The notes under the pieces are model-generated. The model ran no database searches. It worked only from the letters and a program-made list of their open reading frames with translations, and had not been told where the DNA came from. This document shows positions 16,946-30,505 of a DNA stretch of 64,000 nt, piece by piece; the stretch's first letter is position 1, and the number at the start of each line of letters is the position of its first letter. The stretch spans positions 22,011,578 to 22,075,577 of the forward strand of contig CM119264.1 of assembly GCA_051294375.1 (NCBI GenBank). Reading direction: 5' to 3'. Position numbers and translations under genes: made by a program. The DNA is from Paraspadella gotoi (taxonomy: Eukaryota > Animalia > Chaetognatha).

Positions 16946-19900
16946 GGGAAGATCATCAGAAATTTTAAAAGCTAAGCGGCGCAATATACACATTTCTTAC
17001 CNNNNNNNNNNNNNNNNNNNNNNNNNNNNNNNNNNNNNNNNNNNNNNNNNNNNNNNNNNNNNNNNNNNNNNNNNNNNNNNNNNNNNNNNNNNNNNNNNNN
17101 NNNNNNNNNNNNNNNNNNNNNNNNNNNNNNNNNNNNNNNNNNNNNNNNNNNNNNNNNNNNNNNNNNNNNNNNNNNNNNNNNNNNNNNNNNNNNNNNNNNN
17201 NNNNNNNNNNNNNNNNNNNNNNNNNNNNNNNNNNNNNNNNNNNNNNNNNNNNNNNNNNNNNNNNNNNNNNNNNNNNNNNNNNNNNNNNNNNNNNNNNNNN
17301 NNNNAAAAAAGCAAAATTCTAGGGCAAGGCAAAAGTTGCAGGGGAGGCGAGTGAAAGCGGGCGGTGCCTAAATCCTGTCGGGATTTGAGCTGTCGTCTCG
17401 ACTCAAGACTTCGACTTTGAGTTTTTCCTCTTTTTCGTTGTTTTCGTCGTCGTAGATTTTCGCGAGGTCGTCTTTGCCGAGTTTAGTCGCATTGGCAGAG
17501 TCCTCGTAAACATTGTCGTCGTCATCGTTGTCTTTGTCGTCAACGTAATCGTCATCGTTATACACGTTGGTAATTATTGACGTTATTGTTTGATCTTTGG
17601 AAGCTCAAATAGTTCAGGCAAAAACGACGACGATAAAAAAGACGACAAATACAACGACGAAGACGACAACGAAGTCTTTCTACTTTGCGACCCGTAGGGG
17701 TCAGCAGGAATGACCATTCGACCATTGGACCTGAAATAAATTGTTATGGCTGACCTTTTTTCAGCCAATGTAAATACGTAGTTGTTATTGTTTTCCGAAA
17801 TTGTCGCTGTTGCCCTGGTCTTAGTCATCGTAATCGACATCAGTTGCGTTTTTACGTTTCACTTCATCTATAATAAATGAGGGGGCATTGCTACGTTATT
17901 ATCTGAAGCTCTTTAATCGGATGAAACCCTTGATTGAATCAAAAAGTCACTCCGGCCCTGATCCCTCAAGCACAGGAATCCACGTCATTAAAGCTTCTCT
18001 TAAAAAGTTCTTTGACGTTCGCAGTTAATCCTCGATGCCCTTCCCTATCCCTCACCTGTTCACCACTCCCATGCGCCACTCCCATACGCCAAAAAAACCT
18101 TTCAGTTCGTAAATAAATAAATAAATGAGGGAGTGGTCTTTTCATACAATTGAAACATTCTTTGAAATATTTTCCACTTCATTGATTGGGAAGCCAGGTA
18201 CTCTGTGAGAGAATCTTGATTGAAAGCTTGCAGGGACCTGCTATGTCATTATCTTGTAAGAGTGATGGAGGCCTTAAACCACCAAAGCCTGTCCAAAGTC
18301 AGGGGCAAGATAGCTTATTTATTAAATGAATGGATAATTTTTATATTGGTTGTACCAATTTCATACAATTTCTTATGCTTAAATACCATCTAACACTCGT
18401 ATTTATCAGTTCCAATCTGCAACTACCATGCTCCACCCCTCTCTGCCAAATCCACTTGCCAATTTTATCCGCAATCCTGTGCTCTAATCTCTTTAGCCAC
18501 TCCGATTCATCACTCCGATTCATCACTCCTTCCAAACACGGCCTCTAATGAGAAAGATCGGGGAAACGGATCAACNNNNNNNNNNNNNNNNNNNNNNNNN
18601 AACGAGACCGACGCATTACGGCATCACCACGAAAACGATCAAACAGCATGGATAGATAAGAAATGGTAGAAACTGGAGAGGAACAAAAGAGATGTAGGAT
18701 CAGAGAAGAAGAGAAAGTTGGATATAGGTGAAAGGGGAAGATCAATCAGAAATTAAACTACGGCGTGCGCATATATACACAATTTGCTTAACACAAATTA
18801 AAATTTTCGTATTTCAATCTCATCTCCTCTCGTCAGTCAACCTCATCTCTCCTCTCTCTCCTCTCATCTCTCTCTCGCTCTCGCTCTCATTCTCCTCTCT
18901 GCTCGTCTCATCTCGATCACACTCGCATCTCTCAGACTAAGATAGCGGAAGACGCTCGCGAGGCGAGGCCGTCATAGTGGCGAACATCGCCCAGCTCATC
19001 CGTGGGCAAATGTTTTCAGGTTATCGCATTATCCTCAGAAAAGCGGAAGGCGTTGGATCCTGAAAAGCAACGAATTGCCGTAGGCAAGGCAAACAGTCAT
19101 GGGGAGGGCGAAGTGAAAGCGGGCGTGCTCTAAATCCTGTCGGATTTGAGACTGTCGTCTCGACATCATGGACTTCGTACTTTGAGTTTTTTCCTCTTTT
19201 TCGTTTGTTTTCGTCGTCCGTAGATTTTCGCGAGGTCGTCTTTTGTCCGAGTTTAGTCCGGCAATTCGAGAGCAGATCCTCGTAAAACAATTGTCGGTCG
19301 TCATTGTGTCTTTTGTCTCAAGTCGTAATCGTCAATCGTTTAGACAAACGATTGGTAATTATTGGACGTTAGTTGTTTGATCTTTGGTAAGCTACAAATA
19401 GTTTCAGAGCAAAGAACGACGTACGATAAAAAAAGAGACAAAATACAACGACGAAAACGCCTCTTCGTATACTTTGGGCCTGGATCAACCGAGAATGACT
19501 ACATCTCGAAGCAGTATGGACGCTCCGAAATAAATTTGTTATGGCTGACGCTTTTTCAGCCAATGTAAATACGGTAGTTGTTATAGGTGTAATTTTTCCG
19601 AAATTGTTCCGACTGTTATGCCACCTGGTCCTTCATTCATCGTAATCGACATCAGCGCGGTTGCGTTTTACGTTTTCACTTCCTTCTATAAATACAATGT
19701 AGGGGGATGCTATAGTTATTAATCTGAACGCTCTTTAATCCGGATGAAATCCCTTGATTGAACAAAAGTCTACTCCGGCCCCTGTCCCTAAGCACAGGAT
19801 ATTCCACGCGTCATTAAAGCTTCTTTTAAAAGTATCTTTTGACGTTCGCAGTTTAATCATCGATGCCCTTCCTATACCCTCTATCCTGTTCACCATCACT

Positions 19901-20165
19901 CCCATGACGGCCACTCCCATGACGCCAAAACCTTCCCGTTCGTATACAATCTCCCCCGTATACTCATCTAACAACGTATTATCAGTTCCAATGCTAGCAC
20001 ATACATTGCCTCCACCCCCTCTTGCCAATTCCACTGCCAATTTTATCCCGACACTCCTGTGCGTCTAATCCTCCTTTTAGCCACTCCGATTCATACACTC
20101 CGATTTACAATCCACTCCTTTCAAACACGGGCCTCTAATGAGAAAGATCGGGGAACACGATCAAC
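16889..20165 (+). repeat. Tandem duplicate across a 25-N gap: copy A 16889-18575, copy B ~18650-20165
   Basis: Colinear, both ending gcctctaatgagaaagatcgggga..tcaac. Copy B is indel-rich, fills the 303-N gap of copy A and lacks the family A insertion. Confidence 0.9.
18111..18364 (+). mobile_element. Family A element, near full length, with (AAAT)4 at its left end; absent from the duplicate locus
   Basis: Nearly identical to 50389-50634 apart from a short internal deletion; the empty site reads ttcgt|atacaat at ~19939-19950. Confidence 0.88.
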
Positions 20166-20243
20166 CAAGGAATCCGGAGAGCAATGTTGTTGAGGTGTCC
20201 GTTAGGGCGGGATGAAGGCAGGGACTGTGGAAGAAAGGAATAG

Positions 20244-20283
<40 letters not shown>

Positions 20284-21618
20284 GGAGAGAGAGAAGAAGA
20301 GAGAGAGAAGAGAAGAGATGGAGACGAAAAATATGAAAAAAAATCTTGGAAGAAGAAACACTATAACCTGTACCTGTCAACCTTGGCCCGGGATCAACAT
20401 TTTTTCTCGCTTTTTTTTTCTCGAACGATTTAACCCGGTTTTACTTTACAAAAAAAACTTGCTTTTCTCCTCCGCATTTAACAACTAAATCTTGCATGTT
20501 TATTTACATTAATTTTAATGATCTAGTGTGACGTTCGTTGTCTCGGTTGTTTCTGTATTAATATTGGAGTGATCCTTTGGTCGACTAAAACATTTTCTCA
20601 GTAAATTTTCTAAGAAAAAGGTTAAAACAACAACCGTTTTCGATACATACGCTTTGTTTATAGATCAGTTTGGCCTTCGTACAGAAGAAGAATCATCAGG
20701 AGCGCTTTCCCTTCAGACGATGGAGGAAACTTTGCTTGGCGAAGACTTTATAACAAAATACATCTTCTGACCTTGAGACGAGACGGCGCAAATTCAGAAA
20801 AGAAAGTAAGAAAGAATATAAAGATAATTATAAGGTATAAAGAAAGAAAGACAGAAGGAAAACTGGTTCGTGTAACATTATATCTAAAGGAAATTTTACG
20901 AGGTTTTTTTTTAACTTCTATTTATAAGCCAGCATTATCTGTTATCAATTAAGAAGATTAAATAATATTTAATCTTCATCCTCAGACTTTAAAAACAAAT
21001 CATTTTTTCTTTGAGAAAAAATTTAGTTATAGAAAAGATATTATGTTAAGAAGCATTGTCTTTCAAGAATGGTTTTAAGCCTTTAAGGTCACCCGATTGT
21101 TTTTTATGGTTTCGTTGCTTTAAAAAGAAGTAAAAGTTTTCCGACTGCAGCGACGTCCAACGGAGAGAGAGCTAAACTGGAATTCATTAAAAGCGGAATA
21201 TTTTCTTCTTCGAAGAAAAAGACGACGACAAAGACGACGACAAACGGAAAAGACGACGATGCCCACGATGAGAACGTAAACAATGTAGACTGCAATGGAG
21301 ACAACAACAAAAACACAACTAAGATGAAAAGGAGATGTGAGCGCGATGATGAAAGCGATAATGAAGACCACGATTCAAGCGCAAATGGTGAAAACCGCAT
21401 TGAAAACTACGCGATAAAGGCAATAGAGAAAAGAATAACGACGGAGACTCCAAAGATGAAGGCGACAACAACGACGACGACGACAACGACGACGCCGGCG
21501 ACGAAGGAAATGGTTAAGAGTCATAAAAGTGGAAGGAAATAAAAACATAACGCGATAAAAGTGTTTGAGAAAACTGGCCGTCAGTCGAGCTCGGGTTTAA
21601 AAAAAAAAAGCGGTGACG

Positions 21619-21732
21619 GGGAGTGTTGAGAAATGAGAGTCGTCTAGGAGTGGCGATGCCAAAAAAAAAAGAAAAAAGAAAAAGCGGAAGGGGAGTGTTA
21701 AGAAATGAGAGTCGTCTAGGAGTGGCGATGCC
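21619..21732 (+). repeat. Two-copy ~42-bp direct repeat (gggagtgttRagaaatgagagtcgtctaggagtggcgatgcc)
   Basis: Copies at ~21619 and ~21691; present again in the duplicate at ~26300-26410. Confidence 0.85.
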
Positions 21733-22949
21733 GAAAGTGACGAAGCCGGAAGAAAAGATTTATGTCGGTTGCGAAGTAATTAAGAAGTCGGAGTCTGAGC
21801 GGAGATGTGTGCTTTGGAGTGCGAAGGCGGGAGTGTGGATTTGAAATGAGAAAAAGGAGATGGGAGAAAGAGAGAGAGGTGGCGAATCAATTGGAGGGAT
21901 GTTGGTTAGTTGGTGATATCGATCAATATCAATATCAATCAATCGATCAATAAATCAACGAAATGAGAAGCCATATGCCTTGGAATCAACCAATGAAGAA
22001 GTCATTTCTGAAAACACACACAAAATAGAAATAAAGCAAATAATTTTAGGAGTTGAAACGATTCGAACAAAGACGTCATTTGTTGTCCTCTTTTCCGTCA
22101 TCTTCGTCATCAAAGTGCAGATCTTGGCGAGAGTCGTTCGCCACATTGAAACCGGTTTAATAAGCAGAGTTTAGGCTCCACGTACGATCGATATCTTTAG
22201 ACAACGAAATCTGAACTTCAATATTTACCATCTTTCTTGATCTCATTAGTTAGTATGAAGCTTACTTCATTAAAAAACGGTAGTCTCAAGTTATCTCCTT
22301 CTTATCACTTAGAACTTCCAGGTAAATTTCTATGAGTTAAAAACACGGTAAGACATGATTTCTTCAAATGATTGTTTATCTAATCTCATTAACTGCGTAA
22401 TTTTAGAATTTTATGGTATAGATAATTTTTAAAGATCGAATCCTCATAAGAATCTTCACGTCTTTACTTACATAAAAGTTTTTAGGTAAGAAGCCACATT
22501 ATCTGATACAATTTTTTTTCTTCATATGCTTTCCTGATTCTTTTTCTTCACTTCTTTTTCTTCTTTCTTTATATTTTCCTCTTCCTCTTTCTCCTTACTT
22601 TCTCACTTGTCACTTACATTTTTCGGCCTACCTTTTTCTGCCACTATGCACTTTCCTTACCTTTTTCTCTCCTTCTCTCTTCTCTTTCATTCCCTCTTTT
22701 TTTTCCCAATTTTCCCCTCATTTCCTACCTTTTATTGTCTCACTATTTTTTCCCCCCATTTGCCTATTTTTTTTGCCTTGGCCCCCTCTTTCATTTTCTT
22801 CCCTTCTCTATTTCTTGTTTTCGCTTTCCTCTTCCTTCATACGTTTACATTGAGCCATATCAAAGAAAATCTTTAATATGCATTATAAGAAAGAAAAGAA
22901 CGGTTAGCGCATGATTTTCTTTCATTTTGGTTACCTAGCAAATTTAGTA

Positions 22950-22994
22950 AATCGACAGATTTTGCGGAAAAATTTTCCGCAAAATCTGTCGATT
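22950..22994. repeat. Perfect palindrome, 22-bp arms with 1-nt spacer (second copy 27534-27578 in the duplicate)
   Basis: AATCGACAGATTTTGCGGAAAA-A-TTTTCCGCAAAATCTGTCGATT; arms are exact reverse complements. Confidence 0.95.
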
Positions 22995-24154
22995 CTGAGA
23001 AAAAACAAGTCCTGACGATTTCATTGGCTTAAAAGGATGCGGTTTTTTTTGTTTTATCAACGTCAGTAAGAACCCATCTTTTTAAAACTAATAAAAGAGT
23101 TGAAAATATTTCTTTATCATAAAATAATGCAAGTCACAAAAAGTCACAAATTAAAGTTGTCTTAAAAATTATTTGTGGCTAAAACGAAAAGAGTTTTTTG
23201 ATAATTTTGTAGTGTTAAAGCTTATTCTGTGGACTATATTTTCTGTTAGTTTAAGCCAATTTAAACTATTTTGTTTAATAAATTAATAATAAAAACTAAA
23301 ACTGCGACTTTTTGACTTGTCAACTTTAAAATTTATTCATAAGTGAATATGAATGATATAAGGAAAAATTTTTACTCAAGGTGAGAAGATAAGGAAGAAA
23401 GGAATTCCCAAAATAAAAAAATTTTCTCAACTTTCCTGGCATTCAATTTGAAGACGAAAGTGAAAATGGACAAAAATGGACATGATTTTTTTTCCTAAAA
23501 GTTGCAAAAATGTTACTCTTATATGAATAGAAATAGCTGGAGATGGTTTTAACCATCTGTATCTCGGCCTAATTTATATTATGGTGCAAATTAAATTAAT
23601 TTGTTAATAGTAACTGAAACATACTGAAAAAAAGTATTTTTTCTCTGAATGCGAGATCGTAAGCAAGAGCTTAAATCATTCGCAAACGGTAAAAAAATTA
23701 ATATAATAATCCGCTAATCTTACAGTTATTCTTTAGATTTTTTTTTTTCTGATTGACGGTCTGTTCTTAATCAAATTGCCAGGGGCAGAGTATAATTTCT
23801 TTTCATCGTGGGGAATGTAGAAAAACAAAGAGTAAACCGATTGATTGCAGCTTGAAGGAAACTTACAATTAAACCTTTAAACAGGAAAATATACACATCA
23901 TTTACCAAGTTAAAGGCCATTCGCTCTTTGTTAAGACTTTGCGCGTTTAATGGAACAACTCGGTAAAAGAGTGGGAAGTGAGGACAGGAAAAGGAAAGGT
24001 CGAAAGCCTCACCACAACACCGTTTCTCATTATAAACGAAAACAACTTTGAAGTCAACGTTCGAAGAAATTGAGAATTTCCCCGAACGAAGAAAGACCCC
24101 AACCCAGTCTCATTCTCATTCTCTCTCTCTCTCTCTCTATTCTCCTCTCTCTCT

Positions 24155-24204
<50 letters not shown>

Positions 24205-27200
24205 TTCCATTTCATTTCGTGTATCACCTCGGCTTCATTTCTTTTTTTAAGGAGAAAAATAAACAGAAAATTCCCAACCATTTTCGGCTCGTTTTTTTCT
24301 CTTCAGAGAGAGGTTAGGAGTCCGTAAATCACGAGGGCAACCTGAAAAGAGTAAAAATGGAGAAAAGAAAAAAATTGTGTGTTGTGGGGGGGGGAATATC
24401 GAAAAAGAAATGAAATGTTAGCGGCGAAGGTCCTTTCGACCTCGGCGACGCCCGACCGCCTAATTGTCAAGTCGGGCAGGGGGTTTTGGCAAAAAAGCGG
24501 AATGACCGAATGAAAAAAAAACACCACGGCGCCTTACGACGCCTTAAATATCATTTGCATATCGAGGTATAGTCGGATTTATTTATATTTTTATTTTCAT
24601 AAAATATTTCCCAAAATTTTCTTGAAACATATTCATTTTAAAAGGTAACATTTCAACTCATCAAACCTGATCTGAGAAATCAAAGAGAGACGGAAAAATA
24701 TAACCTCATAACTGTGATTGACACCTTCCCATTGGCACCCAATGTAGATGAACTCGTATGACCGAACGAACGTAACCGAGAAAACTTAGAGCGAGAAATT
24801 CCGGCCTCATGAATAAACGGTTTCCCTTTCGACTCCGACTTTGGAATCGAGGCGGACGACCTTTCCCTCCGGGTGGGTCACCGAGGGATGGTGGGGAGCG
24901 AGGAAGGATCAGTGGAGGAAGGATACCGGGGAAAGATCATTCGGGGTGATAGATAATGGAGAGAATATATACTGGGTTAAGGGCAAAGAGGCGATTGGGG
25001 TGAAGTGAGTTGAAGGCAGACATTCGTAATTGGAGACGGTGAGAACTGCGGAGAAAAGGTGAGGAGCGACGTCGAGTGNNNNNNNNNNNNNNNNNNNNNN
25101 NNNAGAGATTTTTCCTCGCTTTTTTTTTCTCGAACGATTTAACCCGGTTTTACTTTACAAAAAAAACTTGCTTTTCTCCTCCGCATTTAACAACTAAATC
25201 TTGCATGTTTATTTACATTAATTTAATGATCTAGTGTGACGTTCGTTGTCTCGTTGTTTCTGTATTAACATTGGAGTGATCCTTTGGTCGACTAAAACAT
25301 TTCTCAGTAAATTTTTCTAAAAAAAGGTTAAACAACAACATTTTCGATACATACGCTTTGTTTATAAATCAGTTTGGCCTTCGTACAGAAGAAGAATCAT
25401 CAGGAGCGCTTCCCTCAGACGATGGAGGAAACTTTGCTTGGCGAAGACTTTATAACAAATACATCTTCTGACCTTGAGACGAGACGGCCAAATTCAGAAC
25501 AGAAAGTTAAGAAAGAATATAAAAGATAATTATAGGTATAAAGAAAGAAAGACAGAAGGAAAACTGGTTCGTGTAACATTATATTAAAGGAAATTTACGA
25601 GTTTTTTTTAAACTTCTATTTATAAGCCAGCATTATCTGTTATCAATTAAGAAGATTAAATAATATTAATCTTCATCCTCAGACTTTAAAACAAATCATT
25701 TTTTCTTTGAGAAAAAATTTAGTTAATAGAAAAGATATATGTTAAGAAGAATGTCTTTAAAGAATGGTTTTAAGCCTTTAAGGTCACCCGATTGTTTTTT
25801 ATGGTTTCGTTGCTTTTAAAAAGAAGTAATAGTTTTCCGACTTGCAGCGACGTCCACGGAGAGAGAGCTAAACTGGAATTCATTAAAAGCGGAATATTTT
25901 CTTCTTCGAAGACAAAGACGACAAAGACGACGACAACGGAAAAAGACGACGATGCCACGATGAGAGGTAACAATGTAGACTGCAATGGAACAACAACAAA
26001 AGCAAACTAAGATGAAAAGGAATTGAGCGCGATGATGAAAGCGATAATGAAGACCACGATTCAAGCGCAAATGGTGAAAAACCGCATTGAAAACTACGCG
26101 ATAAAGCAATAAAGGAAAAGAATAACGACGGAGACTCCAAGATGAAGGCGACAACAACGACGACGACGACAACGACGACGCCGGCGACGAAGGAAATGGT
26201 TAGAGTCATAAAAGTGGAAGGAATAAACATAACGCGATAAAAGTGTTTGAGAAACTGGCCGTCAGTCGAGCTCGGGTTAAAAAAGAAAAAAGCGGTGACG
26301 GGAGTGTTGAGAAATGAAGAGTCGTCTAGGAGTGGCGATGCCAAAAAAAAAAAAAAGAAAAAGCGGAAGGGAGTGTTAAAGAATAGAGTCGTCTAGGAGT
26401 GGCGATGCCGAAAGTGACAAGCCGGAAGAAAAGATTTATGTCGGTGCGGAAGTAATTAAGAATCGGATCTGAGCGGAGATGTGTGCTTTGGAGTGCGAAG
26501 GCGGGAGTGTGGATTTGAAATGCGAAAAGGAGATGGGAGAGAGAGAGAGGTGGCGAATCAATTGGAGGGATGTGGTTAGTTGGTGATATCGATCAATATC
26601 AATATCAATCAATCGATCAATAAATCAACGAAATGAGAAGCCATATGCATGGAATCAACCAATGAAGAAGTCATTTCTGAAAACACACACAAAATAGAAT
26701 AAGCAATTATTTTAGAGTCGTTCGCCACATTGAAACCGGTTTAATAAGCAGAGTTTAGGCTCCACGTACGATCGATATCTTTAGACAACGAAATCTGAAC
26801 TTCAATATTTACCATCTTTCTTGATCTCATTAGTTAGTATGAAGCTTACTTCATTAAAAAACGGTAGTCTCAAGTTATCTCCTTCTTATCACTTAGAACT
26901 TCCAGGTAAATTTCTATGAGTTAAAAACACGGTAAGACATGATTTCTTCAAATGATTGTTTATCTAATCTCATTAACTGCGTAATTTTAGAATTTTATGG
27001 TATAGATAATTTTTAAAGATCGAATCCTCATAAGAATCTTCACGTCTTTACTTACATAAAAGTTTTTAGGTAAGAAGCCACATTATCTGATACAATTTTT
27101 TTTCTTCATATGCTTTCCTGATTCTTTTTCTTCACTTCTTTTTCTTCTTTCTTTATATTTTCCTCTTCCTCTTTCTCCTTACTTTCTCACTTGTCACTTA

Positions 27201-28689
27201 CATTTTTCGGCCTACCTTTTTCTGCCACTATGCACTTTCCTTACCTTTTTCTCTCCTTCTCTCTTCTCTTTCATTCCCTCTTTTTTTTCCCAATTTTCCC
27301 CTCATTTCCTACCTTTTATTGTCTCACTATTTTTTCCCCCCATTTGCCTATTTTTTTTGCCTTGGCCCCCTCTTTCATTTTCTTCCCTTCTCTATTTCTT
27401 GTTTTCGCTTTCCTCTTCCTTCATACGTTTACATTGAGCCATATCAAAGAAAATCTTTAATATGCATTATAAGAAAGAAAAGAACGGTTAGCGCATGATT
27501 TTCTTTCATTTTGGTTACCTAGCAAATTTAGTAAATCGACAGATTTTGCGGAAAAATTTTCCGCAAAATCTGTCGATTCTGAGAAAAAACAAGTCCTGAC
27601 GATTTCATTGGCTTAAAAGGATGCGGTTTTTTTTGTTTTATCAACGTCAGTAAGAACCCATCTTTTTAAAACTAATAAAAGAGTTGAAAATATTTCTTTA
27701 TCATAAAATAATGCAAGTCACAAAAAGTCACAAATTAAAGTTGTCTTAAAAATTATTTGTGGCTAAAACGAAAAGAGTTTTTTGATAATTTTGTAGTGTT
27801 AAAGCTTATTCTGTGGACTATATTTTCTGTTAGTTTAAGCCAATTTAAACTATTTTGTTTAATAAATTAATAATAAAAACTAAAACTGCGACTTTTTGAC
27901 TTGTCAACTTTAAAATTTATTCATAAGTGAATATGAATGATATAAGGAAAAATTTTTACTCAAGGTGAGAAGATAAGGAAGAAAGGAATTCCCAAAATAA
28001 AAAAATTTTCTCAACTTTCCTGGCATTCAATTTGAAGACGAAAGTGAAAATGGACAAAAATGGACATGATTTTTTTTCCTAAAAGTTGCAAAAATGTTAC
28101 TCTTATATGAATAGAAATAGCTGGAGATGGTTTTAACCATCTGTATCTCGGCCTAATTTATATTATGGTGCAAATTAAATTAATTTGTTAATAGTAACTG
28201 AAACATACTGAAAAAAAGTATTTTTTCTCTGAATGCGAGATCGTAAGCAAGGCTTAATCTTCGCAAACGGTAAATTAATTATAATCCGCTAATTTTTATT
28301 CTTAGTTTTTTTTTTTCTGATTGACGTCTGTTTTAATCCAAATTGCTCGGGGCAGAGTTAATTTCTACGTGGGGAATGTAAAAAAAAAGAGTAACGATTG
28401 ATTCAGCTTGAAGGAAAATTACATTAACCTTTAAAAGGAAAATTACAATATTTACCAGTTACCATTCGCTCTTTGTTAAGACTTCGCGTTTAATGAACTC
28501 GGTAAAGAGTGGGAAGTGAGGAAAGGAAAAGGAAGGTCGAAAGCCTCACCCAACACGTTTCTCATTATAAACGAAAACAACTTTGAAGTCAACGTTCGAA
28601 GAAATTGAGAATTTCCCCGAACGAAGAAAGACCCCAACCCAGTCTCATTCTCATTCTCTCTCTCTCTCTCTCTATTCTCCTCTCTCTCT

Positions 28690-28739
<50 letters not shown>

Positions 28740-29677
28740 TTCCATTTCATTTCGTGTATCACCTCGGCTTCATTTCTTTTTTTAAGGAGAAAAATAAACA
28801 GAAAATTCCCAACCATTTTCGGCTCGTTTTTTTCTCTTCAGAGAGAGGTTAGGAGTCCGTAAATCACGAGGGCAACCTGAAAAGAGTAAAAATGGAGAAA
28901 AGAAAAAAATTGTGTGTTGTGGGGGGGGGAATATCGAAAAAGAAATGAAATGTTAGCGGCGAAGGTCCTTTCGACCTCGGCGACGCCCGACCGCCTAATT
29001 GTCAAGTCGGGCAGGGGGTTTTGGCAAAAAGCGGAATGACGAATGAAAAAAAAAAAAAAAAACACCACGGCCGCCTTACGACGCCTTAATATCATTTGCA
29101 TATCAAGGTTAGTCGGAATTATTTATATTTTATTTTCATAAAATATTTCCAAAATTTCTTGAAACATATTCATTTAAAAGGTAACATTTCAACTCATCAA
29201 ACCTGATCTGAGAAATCAAAGAGAGATGGAAAAAATATAACCTCATAACTGTGATTGATCCCTTCCTTGGCACCCAATGTAGATGAACTCGTATGACCGA
29301 ACGACGTAACCGAGGAAAACTTAAGCGAGAAATCCGGCCTCATGAATAAACGGTTTCCCTTTCGACTCCGACTTTGGAATCGAGGCGGACGACCTTCCCT
29401 CCGGGTGGTCACCGAGGGATGGTGGGGAGCGAGGAAGGATCAATGGAGGAAGATACCGGGAAAGATCATTCGGGGTGATATAATGGAGAGATAATCCTGG
29501 GTGAAGGGCAAAGAGGCGATTGGGTGAAGTGGGTTGAAGGCAGACATCGTAATTGGAGAGGGTGAGAGTGAGACTGCGGAGAAAAGGTGAGGAGCGACGT
29601 TCGAGTGAAAGCGCCTGACCCACTCACCTCGCTACCGACTCACTTCCCACCCTTTTAAATCGTGAACGATACTCTGT

Positions 29678-29828
29678 TGGCCAAAACAAGAGCCAGCTTG
29701 CCCGAAGGTCATTGCCCAAACAAGGAGCCAAGTTGCCAAAACAAGAAGCCAGCTTTGCCCGAGGTAATGCCCAAACAAGGAGCCAAGTTGCCAAAACAAG
29801 GAGCCAGCTTTGCCCGAAGGTCGTTGCC
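29678..29828. repeat. ~57-bp tandem repeat, ~2.5 copies, built from ccaaaacaaggagcca subunits
   Basis: Repeated gccaaaacaaggagccagctttgcccgaaggtcattgcccaaacaaggagccaagtt. Confidence 0.85.
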
Positions 29829-30473
29829 TCGACTACGATTCGGGGCGAAAGGCGATTGGAAGCGACTCGCGAGTTGGAGAGAAAAAAATAGGTAACGAGG
29901 AGGGTTCGAACGGCGTTGAGTCGTCGCGATTTCGAAGCCTTTGAGATTTAGTTAAATTTACTTACATTTCAGTGAAATTTAAGTAAGCGGCCCTCCAGGG
30001 GCTTACGACTGGCCCTTATTTTCTTAGATTCTAAAAAGCTTGTCCAGTAACGAGAGTAAATAAGATAGACCGCATCAATATCGTAAATGCCTTCTCTTCT
30101 CAGACCTTCAGGACTTTTATTTCTTGTAGCAAGTCATCGACGAAATGTTAGAAAATATTTTTTTCTCCAATTTTGAAAAAAAAAAGAACTTTACCACTCT
30201 CGTCCGATCTCACGGTCACCACTTCCCCGTTCGCCAGTCTCCGAACACTCCTGTCAATCGCCACCCTCACCGCAGCATCAATCCAGTCTTATTCTCCGCC
30301 ACCGACGTCGTCGTCCCTCGTCGCTAATGAAAGATTCTTACTCGAGTCTTGAGGCGTGGGAACAAAAAAATTCTAATTTGTTGCCTGTGCCAAGGGAGGC
30401 GAGGAGAGAGAGAGAGAGAGAGAATAGAAGGGAGAAAATAAAAAACTCTCATAAAGTAGAGAGAGAGAGAGAC

Positions 30474-30505
<32 letters not shown>

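Larger units (their letters stand above)
20399..29607 (+). repeat. Tandem duplicate across a 25-N gap: copy A ~20399-25078, copy B ~25109-29607
   Basis: Identical ORF translations at 22607/27191 (offset 4584) and 24048/28583. Apparently identical blocks alternate with indel-noisy blocks. Confidence 0.95.

Noticed and set aside
15967-17354. Long ORFs of 111-329 aa
   Set aside because: They consist almost entirely of X from N gaps.
20660-20700. Minus-strand CTGATGA resembling a hammerhead core
   Set aside because: No correctly placed GAAA after a stem II and no supporting stems I and III.
24423-24562. Two small hairpins plus an ATTTGCAT octamer suggesting an snRNA or other structured RNA gene
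   Set aside because: Stems are only 5-7 bp and there is no match to any RNA family I recognise; consistent with chance.
20399-29607. Recent biological segmental duplication
   Set aside because: The junction is a 25-N spacer and differences are patchy indel noise, so an assembly artefact is much more likely.
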